Part shown: positions 18,782 through 28,269 of the stretch, one piece after another
Layout of the letters: each line of letters opens with the position of its first letter
How positions within the stretch are numbered: position 1 is the first letter of the stretch
From: Desulfosudaceae bacterium
GTDB lineage: Bacteria > Desulfobacterota > Desulfobacteria > Desulfobacterales > Desulfosudaceae
DNA length: 64,000 bases
Direction of reading: 5' to 3'
NCBI GenBank assembly: GCA_963674745.2
Contig: CAXXDV010000001.1
Span: 1,120,001-1,184,000, forward strand
The notes under the pieces: model-generated
What the model saw: only the letters and a program-made list of their open reading frames with translations
What the model was told of the DNA's origin: nothing
Databases searched by the model: none
Position numbers and translations under genes: made by a program

Positions 18782-20854
18782 CTACATCATCACATACGGG
18801 TCAACATCCACCACCAGCCGGACACCGTGGCGCCTGATGGCGGAACCACTGTCAGCCAACAGGCGGGCTGTAAAAAGGTTCAGGTCTGCTGCGGAACGAC
18901 CCTTTAGAAGAATCTGCCATCGAAACCGTCCGGCCAGCCGGTATATGGGCGACTCCACCGGCCCCAGGATTTCTACCCCCCCGAAACGGGCGGCATTTTC
19001 CCGCTTTAACAGGGTACACTGCCGACCGGCCATCATGGCCTGGGTCTTTGTTTTTTCAATGTCTTTTCCTGAAATCCGAAGTTGAATCAGCCTGGCATAA
19101 GGCGGGTAGGCGAGCTGCCGCCGGAATCCGATCTCTTTCTCATAAAAAGCCGCCATGTCGTGGGTTCTGGCCGTCTGGATACTGAAGTGGTCCGGATTAT
19201 AGGTCTGCATGATGACCCGCCCGGGAGTGTCACCCCGGCCGGCACGACCCGCCACCTGAGCCAGAAGCTGAAAGGTCAATTCGCCGGCCCGAAAGTCCGG
19301 AAAATTAAGGGCCAGGTCGGCGCAGATAATACCAATCAGGGTTATTCCCGGGAAATCATGACCTTTGGCCACCATCTGGGTACCGATAAGAATATCGGTT
19401 TTTCTTTTTTTAACGTTTTTCAGAATCCGGGCCATCGACCCTTTGCGGGTGGTCGTATCCCTGTCAAGACGGTCGACAACCGCTTCCGGAAAAAGCTGTT
19501 TTATAGCGGCCTCCACCTTTTCCGTCCCCATGCCGAGCTGCTTTATGGCGGTTGAACCGCAATGGGCGCATCCGACGGCCACCGGCCGGGAATAGCCGCA
19601 GAAATGACAACGATAGGCGTTTCCGCTCCGATGCAGGGTCAGGGTAATATCGCAGTTTTTGCACTTGACGGCCTCTCCGCAGACCGCACAGACGGGAAAA
19701 TTTGCAAAGCCGCGGCGATTTAAAAAAAGAAGCGCCTGATTTTTCCGGGCCAGGGTTTCCTTAATCGCCTGATAAAGTTCATCGGTTATAATTCCCCCCA
19801 GGCCTCGCCGGGAATGGTCGTTTCGCAAATCGACCACCTTGATTTCCGGAAGCGGGTAATTGTTTATCCGGTTTTTAAGAGAGTAAACATCTGAAAACTT
19901 TCCGGTTCGGGCATTATAAACCGACTGCATGGAGGGTGTGGCCGATCCCAATATGACCAGGGCGTTTGACTGCTTTCCCCGGACCAGCGCCAGATCCCGG
20001 GCATTGTATCGCAAACCGTTTTCCTGTTTATATGACGTATCATGTTCTTCATCGACGATAATGACGCCCAGAGAGTGGAGCGGGGCAAAGATGGCCGACC
20101 GTGTGCCGATGACCAGGCTTGCTTCTCGGCGCATGATTTTCATCCACTGGTCGCGACGTTCGGTTTTGGTAAGGCTGCTGTGAAGAACCGCAATCCGTTC
20201 TCCGAAACGCGCCCGGAATCGTCTTTCTGCCTGAGAGATCAGGGCGATCTCCGGCACCAGGATCAGGGCCGTCTGTTTTTGATTTAAAACCGCCTCGGCA
20301 ATGCGCATGTAGACTTCCGTCTTACCGCTGCCCGTCACTCCGGACAGCAGGCAGGAGTAAAAGCCGTTGCCGATGCGGTCAACGACCGCATCCACGACCT
20401 GCTGCTGCTCAGGCGTCAGGCAGGGCGGTTGATCCGGCACAATGACCTCTCCGATGGCGTCCCGGGATACTTTTTTCGCCCGGGCGGATCTTTTGGCACC
20501 GGTTGCCGCAGGCATGGCGTTTTTGATCGTTTCTCCCAAAGGGTAAAGGTAATAATCCGCGATCCAGCGGAAAAAAGCCGACATGCTGTCCGGAAACAGG
20601 GGCGTGTCATCAATAATATCAGAGATGGGCTTGAGGGCGGTGTCCGGTGTTTTTTCCGTCGGCCCGAGAACATATCCGGTCACGGTCTGCTGACCGAAGG
20701 GAACAAAGACGCGTTTGCCGGAAACCGCCTGACCGGTCAGATGAGGCGGTACCAGATAGGTGTAGGTACCGAAAACCGGAAGGCAGACCGCCACATCGAC
20801 GCAATCTGAAGCTGACAAATCAGGTGTAATGGAACTGTTCAGGGTTGACGACAT
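18782..20854 (-). CDS. priA: Primosomal protein N' (replication restart helicase)
   Basis: GVTGSGKTEVY, DEEH, GSATPS, four CxxC pairs, GTQMVAKG, QVAGRAGR. Confidence 0.95.
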   Translation of the reverse strand: MSSTLNSSITPDLSASDCVDVAVCLPVFGTYTYLVPPHLTGQAVSGKRVFVPFGQQTVTGYVLGPTEKTPDTALKPISDIIDDTPLFPDSMSAFFRWIADYYLYPLGETIKNAMPAATGAKRSARAKKVSRDAIGEVIVPDQPPCLTPEQQQVVDAVVDRIGNGFYSCLLSGVTGSGKTEVYMRIAEAVLNQKQTALILVPEIALISQAERRFRARFGERIAVLHSSLTKTERRDQWMKIMRREASLVIGTRSAIFAPLHSLGVIIVDEEHDTSYKQENGLRYNARDLALVRGKQSNALVILGSATPSMQSVYNARTGKFSDVYSLKNRINNYPLPEIKVVDLRNDHSRRGLGGIITDELYQAIKETLARKNQALLFLNRRGFANFPVCAVCGEAVKCKNCDITLTLHRSGNAYRCHFCGYSRPVAVGCAHCGSTAIKQLGMGTEKVEAAIKQLFPEAVVDRLDRDTTTRKGSMARILKNVKKRKTDILIGTQMVAKGHDFPGITLIGIICADLALNFPDFRAGELTFQLLAQVAGRAGRGDTPGRVIMQTYNPDHFSIQTARTHDMAAFYEKEIGFRRQLAYPPYARLIQLRISGKDIEKTKTQAMMAGRQCTLLKRENAARFGGVEILGPVESPIYRLAGRFRWQILLKGRSAADLNLFTARLLADSGSAIRRHGVRLVVDVDPYVMM

Positions 20855-20960
20855 TCCGTACCAATGAAGATTTTGAAAAACCGGCGGTTTTCACCGATGA
20901 ACAAACCAGCCCTCATATCCGGGATGGAGAATATACCGAAACCGGACTACGCCCCGTCAG

Positions 20961-22241
20961 CTAACGACCTTCCACGGGCACAACGTCACGTGTAAGCTGC
21001 CCGGTATAAATCTGGCGTGGGCGGAACAGCTTTTTTTCCGGATCATCATTCAGTTCTTTCCAGTGCGCGATCCATCCGGGAAGGCGCCCGATGGCAAACA
21101 TCACCGTAAACATGGTAATGGGAATACCAAGCGTTCTTAACACCATACCACTGTAAAAATCAATGTTGGGGTACAGGTTATGATCCTTGAAATAGGCATC
21201 TTCGAGGGCGATCTCTTCCAGCCTGAGGGCAATATTCAGGAGTGGATCATCGACCTGGGCCACCGCCATCATCCGGTCACACATTTTTTTCATAATCCGT
21301 GCCCGGGGGTCATACGTCCTATAAACACTGTGGCCGAATCCCATCAAACGGAAAGGATCACTTTTATCCTTGGCCTTGGCCACGGCCTTATGTACGTCTC
21401 CACCGTTTATGCTGATTTCCTCGAGCATCTCCACCACCGCCCGGTTGGCGCCGCCATGCAACGGGCCCCATAGGGCCGAAATACCGGCGGAAACCGCCGC
21501 GTAAATGTTGGCCCGGGCGCTGCCCACCCCCCGAACGGTTGAAGTGGAGCAGTTCTGCTCGTGATCGGCATGAAGAACCCAGAATGTATTCAAGGCATCC
21601 ACAAATTCCGGACGCAGCTTATAGGGGATGACCGGTGTGTCAAACATCATGTTCAGAAAATTGGCGCAATAGGTATAGTCCGGCCTGGGATAAACCACCT
21701 TATGGCCCCTGGAAATCTTGTAAGACATGGCCGCCATGGTTCTGACCTTGGAGATCAACCGCAAAAACGTAATCTCCATAGCCTCGTCAGTGTCCACCAG
21801 TTCCGGGTAAAAATTTCTGAGGGCATTTACCATGGAAGAAAGGATGCCCATGGGATTTGATGATCGGGGAAAGTTCTGGAAAAAAATCCGCATATCCTCA
21901 TGCACCATGGAATGGTCGTTCAGCATACAGCTCATGCGGTTATGCTCGGATTGTGACGGCAGATCACCGTTTAGCAGCAGGTAACACACATCGACAAAAC
22001 AGGCTTTTTCCGCAAGCTGTTCGATGGGATAACCGCGATATCGAAGCACGCCTTCCTTTCCGTCCATAAACGTAATGGCGCTTCTACAGCCGGCCGTATT
22101 CCCGAAGCCCGGGTCAAAGGTCATATAACCGGTCTCTGTTCGCAATTTTCTGATATCAATAGCACTTTTTCCTTCCGTGCCTTTAATTATCGGCAAATCA
22201 TAGGTCTTACCATCCACCGTCAGTGTGGCTTTTTCGGTCAT
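20961..22241 (-). CDS. gltA: Citrate synthase (Si-type)
   Basis: HADHEQN, GPLHGGAN, GFGH.VY, YPNIDFYSG; start MTEKAT at 22241. Confidence 0.95.
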   Translation of the reverse strand: MTEKATLTVDGKTYDLPIIKGTEGKSAIDIRKLRTETGYMTFDPGFGNTAGCRSAITFMDGKEGVLRYRGYPIEQLAEKACFVDVCYLLLNGDLPSQSEHNRMSCMLNDHSMVHEDMRIFFQNFPRSSNPMGILSSMVNALRNFYPELVDTDEAMEITFLRLISKVRTMAAMSYKISRGHKVVYPRPDYTYCANFLNMMFDTPVIPYKLRPEFVDALNTFWVLHADHEQNCSTSTVRGVGSARANIYAAVSAGISALWGPLHGGANRAVVEMLEEISINGGDVHKAVAKAKDKSDPFRLMGFGHSVYRTYDPRARIMKKMCDRMMAVAQVDDPLLNIALRLEEIALEDAYFKDHNLYPNIDFYSGMVLRTLGIPITMFTVMFAIGRLPGWIAHWKELNDDPEKKLFRPRQIYTGQLTRDVVPVEGR

Positions 22242-22424
22242 CTTCCTTCTCCTGCGCATGATCACACTGCAGTCGGCGGCAGTGTTCTGTTCTCTGATAA
22301 AAAGAATCGCTACAAAAATATATACCTGTTTAAGGCATAAAATGAAAAAACGGGGCAATGTGCACGGCACAACTTTTTTTATATATCAAAATAAAAAACG
22401 ATTTGCAATAAAAAACTGCGCCGG

Positions 22425-23570
22425 TCAGACAAAAACCCGAGCGACCCGATGCGTTATGGCAGAAACCACTTCGTAGTGAATCGTCTCCCGTGCCGCGGCA
22501 ATCTCATCAGCGCTTATCTGCATCTGCCCCTGCCGCCCCAGAACGACCACCTCATCCTCAACTGCAACAGGATCAATACCGCCCACATCCAGCACCGTCA
22601 GATCCATGCATACACGACCCACCACCGGCGCCTTTTGGCCGGAAACCAGCATATGCCCCCGGGACGATAACCACCGGTTATAGCCGTCAGCGTAACCGAC
22701 CGGCACCACCGCCAGCGTGGTGGATTTTGGCGCCGTATATGTTGATCCGTAACTGATTTTTGTCCCGGCCGGCACCTTTTTGAGCTGAACGATCCGGGTT
22801 TTCCATGTCATGGCCGGCTGGAGCGACACGCGCTGGTGGTCGACCGTAACAGACGGATACAATCCGTAAAGGGCAATACCGGGCCGAACCATGTCGAGAT
22901 GTGTTTCCGGGAAATCGATAAGGGCGGCGCTGTTGGCCGCGTGGCGGATCAGACCGGACAAACCGGCTGAGGCCAGTTGCGCGGTCAGTTGCTCAAAAAG
23001 CGCCATCTGCGTCCGGGTATATGTTTTATCCGGATCATCCGCTGCAGCAAAATGCGTATAGACACCCTCAAGCAAAAGTCCCGGCTGGTCGGCAATGGCC
23101 ACGGCTTCCCGGACAGCCGCCGTCAGCCCCGCCCGGGGATCTTCGGTTACCACATTCTTTCCCAGGCGCCCCATTCCAGTATCCACCTTGAAGTGCACCC
23201 GCGCCACGGTGTTCTTTGCAACAGCGCTTTGGGAAAGCAGCCGTGCCTCATCCGTCGACCACACCGTCTGGATGAGATTGTGGTCAACAATTTCCCGGAT
23301 CAGGCCGGGCGGCGTATAACCCATGACCAGAATCGGCGCATCAAGCCCGTACGCCCGGAGGTCAACCCCCTCCTCAACCCTGGCCACGCCCAGCATCGAG
23401 GCGCCGTTTTTAAGGGCGATCTCAGCCACCCGGCACATACCATGTCCATAGCCATCGGCTTTGACCACCGCCATCAAGCGACAGTTTTTGCCGACCAGGC
23501 CCTTCAATGAACGGACATTACCGGCAATAGCAGACAAATCAATTTCCAGCCAGCTCAAATGACAACTCAT
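22425..23570 (-). CDS. alr: Alanine racemase
   Basis: AVVKADGYGHG, KVDTGMGRLG, HAANS, VRPGIALYG, GYADG, GRVCMD. Confidence 0.96.
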   Translation of the reverse strand: MSCHLSWLEIDLSAIAGNVRSLKGLVGKNCRLMAVVKADGYGHGMCRVAEIALKNGASMLGVARVEEGVDLRAYGLDAPILVMGYTPPGLIREIVDHNLIQTVWSTDEARLLSQSAVAKNTVARVHFKVDTGMGRLGKNVVTEDPRAGLTAAVREAVAIADQPGLLLEGVYTHFAAADDPDKTYTRTQMALFEQLTAQLASAGLSGLIRHAANSAALIDFPETHLDMVRPGIALYGLYPSVTVDHQRVSLQPAMTWKTRIVQLKKVPAGTKISYGSTYTAPKSTTLAVVPVGYADGYNRWLSSRGHMLVSGQKAPVVGRVCMDLTVLDVGGIDPVAVEDEVVVLGRQGQMQISADEIAAARETIHYEVVSAITHRVARVFV

Positions 23571-23599
23571 ATGCTTACCAAACCAACGTATATCCGGGG

Positions 23600-24343
23600 T
23601 TATTTCTTCTGGTGCTCATGCAAAAGGAATTTCTGCTCTTCCGGGGTCAAAAAACGCCACTGTCCTTCTTTTAGGTTTCCCAGCCTGATACCGGAAATCC
23701 TTAATCGTTTTAAAGCGCTTAACCGATGGCCCAGGTGGCCGGTCATTTTTCGAATCTGCCGGTTTCGACCTTCCTGCAGGACAATACGAAACCGCCGGGC
23801 AGACACGCGCCTCACTTTTGCCGGCCGGGTTTTTTTGCCCTCGATCCAGATGCCCGCTTTCAATTTTGCCAGATCTTTGTCCGGTATGGGGGCCTCAACA
23901 GTAACATCATATTCTTTTTCATGATCAAAAGACGGGTGTGAAAGCTTCAGATGCAAACCACCGTCATTGGTCAGCAGCATCAGGCCGGTTGAGGCCTTGT
24001 CAAGCCGTCCTACCGGATAGACGCGTTCGTCAATGCTGACCAGATCAAGAATGGTTTTTTCCTGTTTTTGCAGACAGCTGCTCACATACCCGGCCGGCTT
24101 GTTCAGGGCGATGTAAATCTTCGGCTGACCCGGCACCACAACCTGTCCGTCAACCATAACACGATCCGTCTCCGGATCGACCTTGACCCCAAGCTGCGTA
24201 ATCACCTCACCGTTCACGGCGACCCGCCCCTGGCGGATATATGTCTCCGCCTGCCGGCGGGAACAAATCCCGGCCGAAGCAATGAATTTCTGAAGTCGCA
24301 TAACAACTCCGGCCTGCTCTGACATTTCGTAACCGCTCACCAT
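23600..24343 (-). CDS. RsuA/RluB-family pseudouridine synthase
   Basis: S4 domain RLQKFIA..SRR, VGRLD, EGRNRQIR; exact start uncertain. Confidence 0.92.
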   Translation of the reverse strand: MVSGYEMSEQAGVVMRLQKFIASAGICSRRQAETYIRQGRVAVNGEVITQLGVKVDPETDRVMVDGQVVVPGQPKIYIALNKPAGYVSSCLQKQEKTILDLVSIDERVYPVGRLDKASTGLMLLTNDGGLHLKLSHPSFDHEKEYDVTVEAPIPDKDLAKLKAGIWIEGKKTRPAKVRRVSARRFRIVLQEGRNRQIRKMTGHLGHRLSALKRLRISGIRLGNLKEGQWRFLTPEEQKFLLHEHQKK

Positions 24344-24379
24344 ATTTTTTGCTGCGATTAACGGCTTCTTTCACGGTAT

Positions 24380-24416
24380 AGGGTTCAAGGATTCAAGGGG
24401 TCGAGGGTCCAAGGGA
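24380..24416. repeat. Degenerate octamer tandem repeat
   Basis: AGGGTTCA AGGATTCA AGGGGTCG AGGGTCCA AGGGA just downstream of the argJ stop. Confidence 0.65.
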
Positions 24417-24424
24417 CTTATCGT

Positions 24425-25621
24425 TCAAGTCCGGTAGTGGGCGTTCAACTTCACATAATCCAATGTTAAATCGGACGTATAAACAGAGGCATGGCCGGTC
24501 CCGCCGGTATTCAGATCGATCGACAACGATATCTCATTCCGCTGGATAGTTTTACGGGCTTCTTCCTCAGACGATGCGCCACACCCGCACCCGTTGCGGA
24601 CCACCTGAATGGTATCAAAAAACACGTTCACCTTTTCCGGCTGGACCTCGACACCCGATCGTCCGACCGCGGCCAGAATCCGGCCCCAGTTGACATCCTC
24701 ACCAAAAAAAGCCGTTTTCACCAGCGTCGAATCCGCCACAACCCGGGCCACCCGGTCGGCGTCTTTGTCTGATCGCGCACCCTGCACGCTGACTTCAATC
24801 AGCTTGGTGGCCCCTTCGCCGTCGCGGACAATCATTTTGGCAAGTTCCATCAGAACACTATCCAGTGCCTGCTGAAAACGCCACCGGTCTGTTTCCGTCA
24901 CCAGCGCGGCATCGCTCATGCCGTTGGCCAGAATAATCACCGTGTCATTGGTGCTGGTATCCCCATCAACGGTTATGCGGTTAAAAGAATAGTCAACCGC
25001 CTGCCCGAGACTCGTTGCCAGCACTTCAGACGAGGCCTGGACATCCGTGCACACAAAACAAAGCATGGTGGCCATATCCGGACAAATCATACCGGCGCCC
25101 TTGGCCACGGCGGTAATCATGAACTCACCACCGTCATCCATCCGGAAAACCTCTGAAACGGTTTTGGGAAACTGGTCTGTTGTCAGAATACTGGTCGAAA
25201 AATCATAAAACCCGTCGGCCGACAGGCTTTCTACGGCCTTTGGAATCGCTTCGGAAACCTTTTCAATGGGCAGCGGAACACCGATGACACCGGTTGAAGC
25301 CACCAGCACCCATTCTTCTTCCACACCCAGTTCTTCGGCCACCCTTTTTGTCATATCCCTTGCGTCCCGCATTCCCTTATCGCCGGTGCAGCAGTTGGCA
25401 TTACCGCTGTTAACGATAACCGCCTGACATATTCCGGAGACGATATGCTCGATATCCAGCAGAACAGGCGCTGCCTTGACCCGGTTTTTCGTAAAAACAG
25501 CCGCCACCCTGGCCGGTATATTGGACAGAATCATCCCCAGGTCTTTTTCTCCATCGGGTTTAATGCCGGCTGAAATACCACTCCACTGAAAGCCCGGGCA
25601 AACCGTCACCGCCATAGCCAT
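24425..25621 (-). CDS. argJ: Bifunctional ornithine acetyltransferase / N-acetylglutamate synthase
   Basis: NSGNANC, STGVIG, KGAGMI.PDMATML, DTSTND, DGEGATK. Confidence 0.96.
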   Translation of the reverse strand: MAMAVTVCPGFQWSGISAGIKPDGEKDLGMILSNIPARVAAVFTKNRVKAAPVLLDIEHIVSGICQAVIVNSGNANCCTGDKGMRDARDMTKRVAEELGVEEEWVLVASTGVIGVPLPIEKVSEAIPKAVESLSADGFYDFSTSILTTDQFPKTVSEVFRMDDGGEFMITAVAKGAGMICPDMATMLCFVCTDVQASSEVLATSLGQAVDYSFNRITVDGDTSTNDTVIILANGMSDAALVTETDRWRFQQALDSVLMELAKMIVRDGEGATKLIEVSVQGARSDKDADRVARVVADSTLVKTAFFGEDVNWGRILAAVGRSGVEVQPEKVNVFFDTIQVVRNGCGCGASSEEEARKTIQRNEISLSIDLNTGGTGHASVYTSDLTLDYVKLNAHYRT

Positions 25622-25936
25622 CTCCTTGATCTTGTTTGAATTGTCTTAATCCGCCTATTTAAAAGCACCCACCTTGCTTCAGGCTTTTTGAAAAGTTATA
25701 ACGATTATGCGACGACTTTATTAAAAATTCAAGCCAAAGCGCCAAATTCACGGCGTGCGGCAAGTTGAATCGGGCATTGTTCTCCTTGAGAATGAGACAC
25801 AGCACAGAAGACTTGCTCTAAACGAAGTAAAATTTTTTTAACATGGAAAGGAACCTGCGGTCCATACATATTTATTTGAAAAGTTTCGTGCTTTCTTGCT
25901 TGCATAAAATCTGATGTGATATAAAATTAATATTCA

Positions 25937-27775
25937 GTGTCAAAAACAGGGCCGTCAGCGACAGGATTAATATCGGTTATGTCTTTAAACTATTTTATCG
26001 TCTATAATCCATTGACTTACAAGCTTATGGATCTGATCCCGGCAACGGATCTGAGACCGATTGATATTGTATATTATCTTACCGGTAAGGCCCGAAAACC
26101 CATAACGCCCGCTAATTTTCTCGAGTATATCGATTTTGATTTAAAAAAACAGCGCATGACTATGGTGGACACGCTGGCCATTGAAATGTACTCGGCTGTT
26201 TATATCCAGAACCAGTTGGCCAGGCTGGCCAAAGACCACATGGTGGTTATGCTGGATGGAAAGCGGAAATTGTTTTCGACGGTCATCAAAGAAAAGCAGC
26301 GCCGACCCCGGGCTGTTTTCATTACATCCATGAGTTCCAGCTTTCCCTCCGCGGCCGCAGCGGCTATTGTTTTAAACCATGCTGAAATTCCGGTAATCAT
26401 GGGCGGTATTCACGTTTCTACCAGCCCCGAGGATGTGGACACGTTTATCCGGCAACATGTCCCTCACCCGGAACTGGTGACCATCGTTAAAGGCGCCGGT
26501 GATTCTGTTGTTCTTCACGATGTTCTGGATGGCCTCAAAAACGGCGATCTGCAGCCCGAATATACCGGCTACAAACTTATCGAAAACGGTGTCTGGGGTA
26601 ATTTTAATAACGTTGAGCCGCTGGAACCGTTAAAGATCAACTTACTTCACCGACTGCCCATCATCCGGCATACCCCCCTCCGGGACTTCCGTATAAACCC
26701 GGTGGCCCCCCATACAGGTTGCCCATTTTCATGCAAGTTCTGTTCGATTTCAACCCTGCCCAAAAAGCAACGGGCCCTGCGTTTAAGAGATCCGGACGAC
26801 TTTGTCAACGAATTGAAAGCCGCCCAGAACAGTCGGCCCGACTTTAAAAACCGATATTATTTTTTTACACCCGACAACCTGCTGCTGGGGAAAAAAAACC
26901 TGCTGACCATGCTGGACAAGATTATCGAAAGCGATTTGTGCATCAACTACGCGGTCCAGATTTCCATTGACGTGGCCAATGATGAGGACCTGCTCAGAAA
27001 AATCAGGCGTTCGGGCGGCACCCATTTTTTCATCGGTATGGAATCGCTGGACATGCGAAACCTGAAATATATCGATAAACATATAGTCGGTGATATTGAA
27101 AAAAGTGGCTTGTCCGTGGAAGATTACTATCGAACCAAGATAAAAAAAATCCACGCCCACGGTATTTCAATTCATGGCTCTTTTATTTTCGGCCTGCCGT
27201 ATGATTATTTCAACTCCATTTCCGACAATACCGGCACCTGGATAGCCGACTTTTGCAGAAAGAACAAAATCGGTGTTCAACCAAGCACCATTACGGATCT
27301 TCCGGGATCTGTCTTTTTTAACGAAAGCCAGGAGAACGGATCCTATCTTTACGGCAAGAAAGGTACCATGGACTATTTTGTGTCGTTAAGCATTGCCGAT
27401 CTGGCTGAAACCAACAAGCAACCACCGGAGACGCTTAATAGAAGTCCGCTGATTATTGCCGCCATGGTCTATGAAGCCACCAAAAAAATCGGCGCGCCAA
27501 TGGCTGCCGTCAGTAACTCATCGGCCATCTTTTTTAAATCATTGCTTCACCCGACAAAAAACGGTGAAGGCTTTCAAATAAAGCAGCGTTTTCTGGACGC
27601 GCTCTGCTCAGCTATTTCGCAAACAGCCGTCAGCCTTTATAAAGAGCAGGGGGATTCAATTGTCATGTCAAAGCATGGTGTCAGAGGAATTCTTGAACGA
27701 CTTTTTGACAATGAAGCTGATCCGCAACTCAAAAATCAGTTTCGTGATTACATTAAACAATTTACAGAGCATTAA
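25937..27775 (+). CDS. Radical SAM protein with N-terminal B12-binding-like domain
   Basis: GGIH, GCPFSCKFC (CxxxCxxC), IGMES, SFIFGLP; true start may be 25979 or 26027. Confidence 0.85.
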   Translation: MSKTGPSATGLISVMSLNYFIVYNPLTYKLMDLIPATDLRPIDIVYYLTGKARKPITPANFLEYIDFDLKKQRMTMVDTLAIEMYSAVYIQNQLARLAKDHMVVMLDGKRKLFSTVIKEKQRRPRAVFITSMSSSFPSAAAAAIVLNHAEIPVIMGGIHVSTSPEDVDTFIRQHVPHPELVTIVKGAGDSVVLHDVLDGLKNGDLQPEYTGYKLIENGVWGNFNNVEPLEPLKINLLHRLPIIRHTPLRDFRINPVAPHTGCPFSCKFCSISTLPKKQRALRLRDPDDFVNELKAAQNSRPDFKNRYYFFTPDNLLLGKKNLLTMLDKIIESDLCINYAVQISIDVANDEDLLRKIRRSGGTHFFIGMESLDMRNLKYIDKHIVGDIEKSGLSVEDYYRTKIKKIHAHGISIHGSFIFGLPYDYFNSISDNTGTWIADFCRKNKIGVQPSTITDLPGSVFFNESQENGSYLYGKKGTMDYFVSLSIADLAETNKQPPETLNRSPLIIAAMVYEATKKIGAPMAAVSNSSAIFFKSLLHPTKNGEGFQIKQRFLDALCSAISQTAVSLYKEQGDSIVMSKHGVRGILERLFDNEADPQLKNQFRDYIKQFTEH

Positions 27776-27790
27776 AACGGGGGCGTGAAT

Positions 27791-27955
27791 ATGGAAGCAA
27801 AACTGTCCAAAGAAAAAAACAAAAATGGGGAGGTTGTCTCTGTTATTGTCACGATTGAAAGAGATTCAGCCTATGAAAAAAGACGGTTCGGAAGTGAAGA
27901 AGAGGCCAGGGAGTTTATCCGGCGCCTGAAGGAGCTTGAAGCCAAAAAAAAATAG
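27791..27955 (+). CDS. Small hypothetical protein (54 aa), below the ORF-track cutoff
   Basis: MEAKLSKEKNKNGEVVSVIVTIERDSAYEKRRFGSEEEAREFIRRLKELEAKKK*; 15 bp after the radical SAM stop, G-rich RBS. Confidence 0.55.
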   Translation: MEAKLSKEKNKNGEVVSVIVTIERDSAYEKRRFGSEEEAREFIRRLKELEAKKK

Positions 27956-28269
27956 CCGCCCGTCTGAAACGGGGTAATACCCTCTGTTTGGCTGCAAACA
28001 GAAAACAACCTTTTAAAATCGCATGTGGTCTGGCCGACCAAACCGACCGGACAGCAGGCCGAAAAAAGCCGGGCTGGTCAGCAGAATATTGCGTGGCTTT
28101 CTCGGTCATCTTATTTTATTGTTATAGCAAAAAACCTAAACAAATCAGGGCTTTTATTAAAAATGGCGGCGTTGCTTAAAAAATACGCCTGCTGCGTCAT
28201 AGCCAAACCATAATCCGCCTGAATCCAAGGTGTTTATCTGGTAAAAGCCGGCTTTAGGAAAAGTAATCC

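Noticed and set aside
22242..22370. N-terminal extension of citrate synthase in the ORF track
   Set aside because: Homology starts at MTEKAT, which is preceded by an AGGAG-like RBS
25622..25936. Long intergenic region as a riboswitch or ncRNA (e.g. cobalamin)
   Set aside because: No convincing B12-box or stable conserved stems recognised by eye; an Rfam scan would be needed
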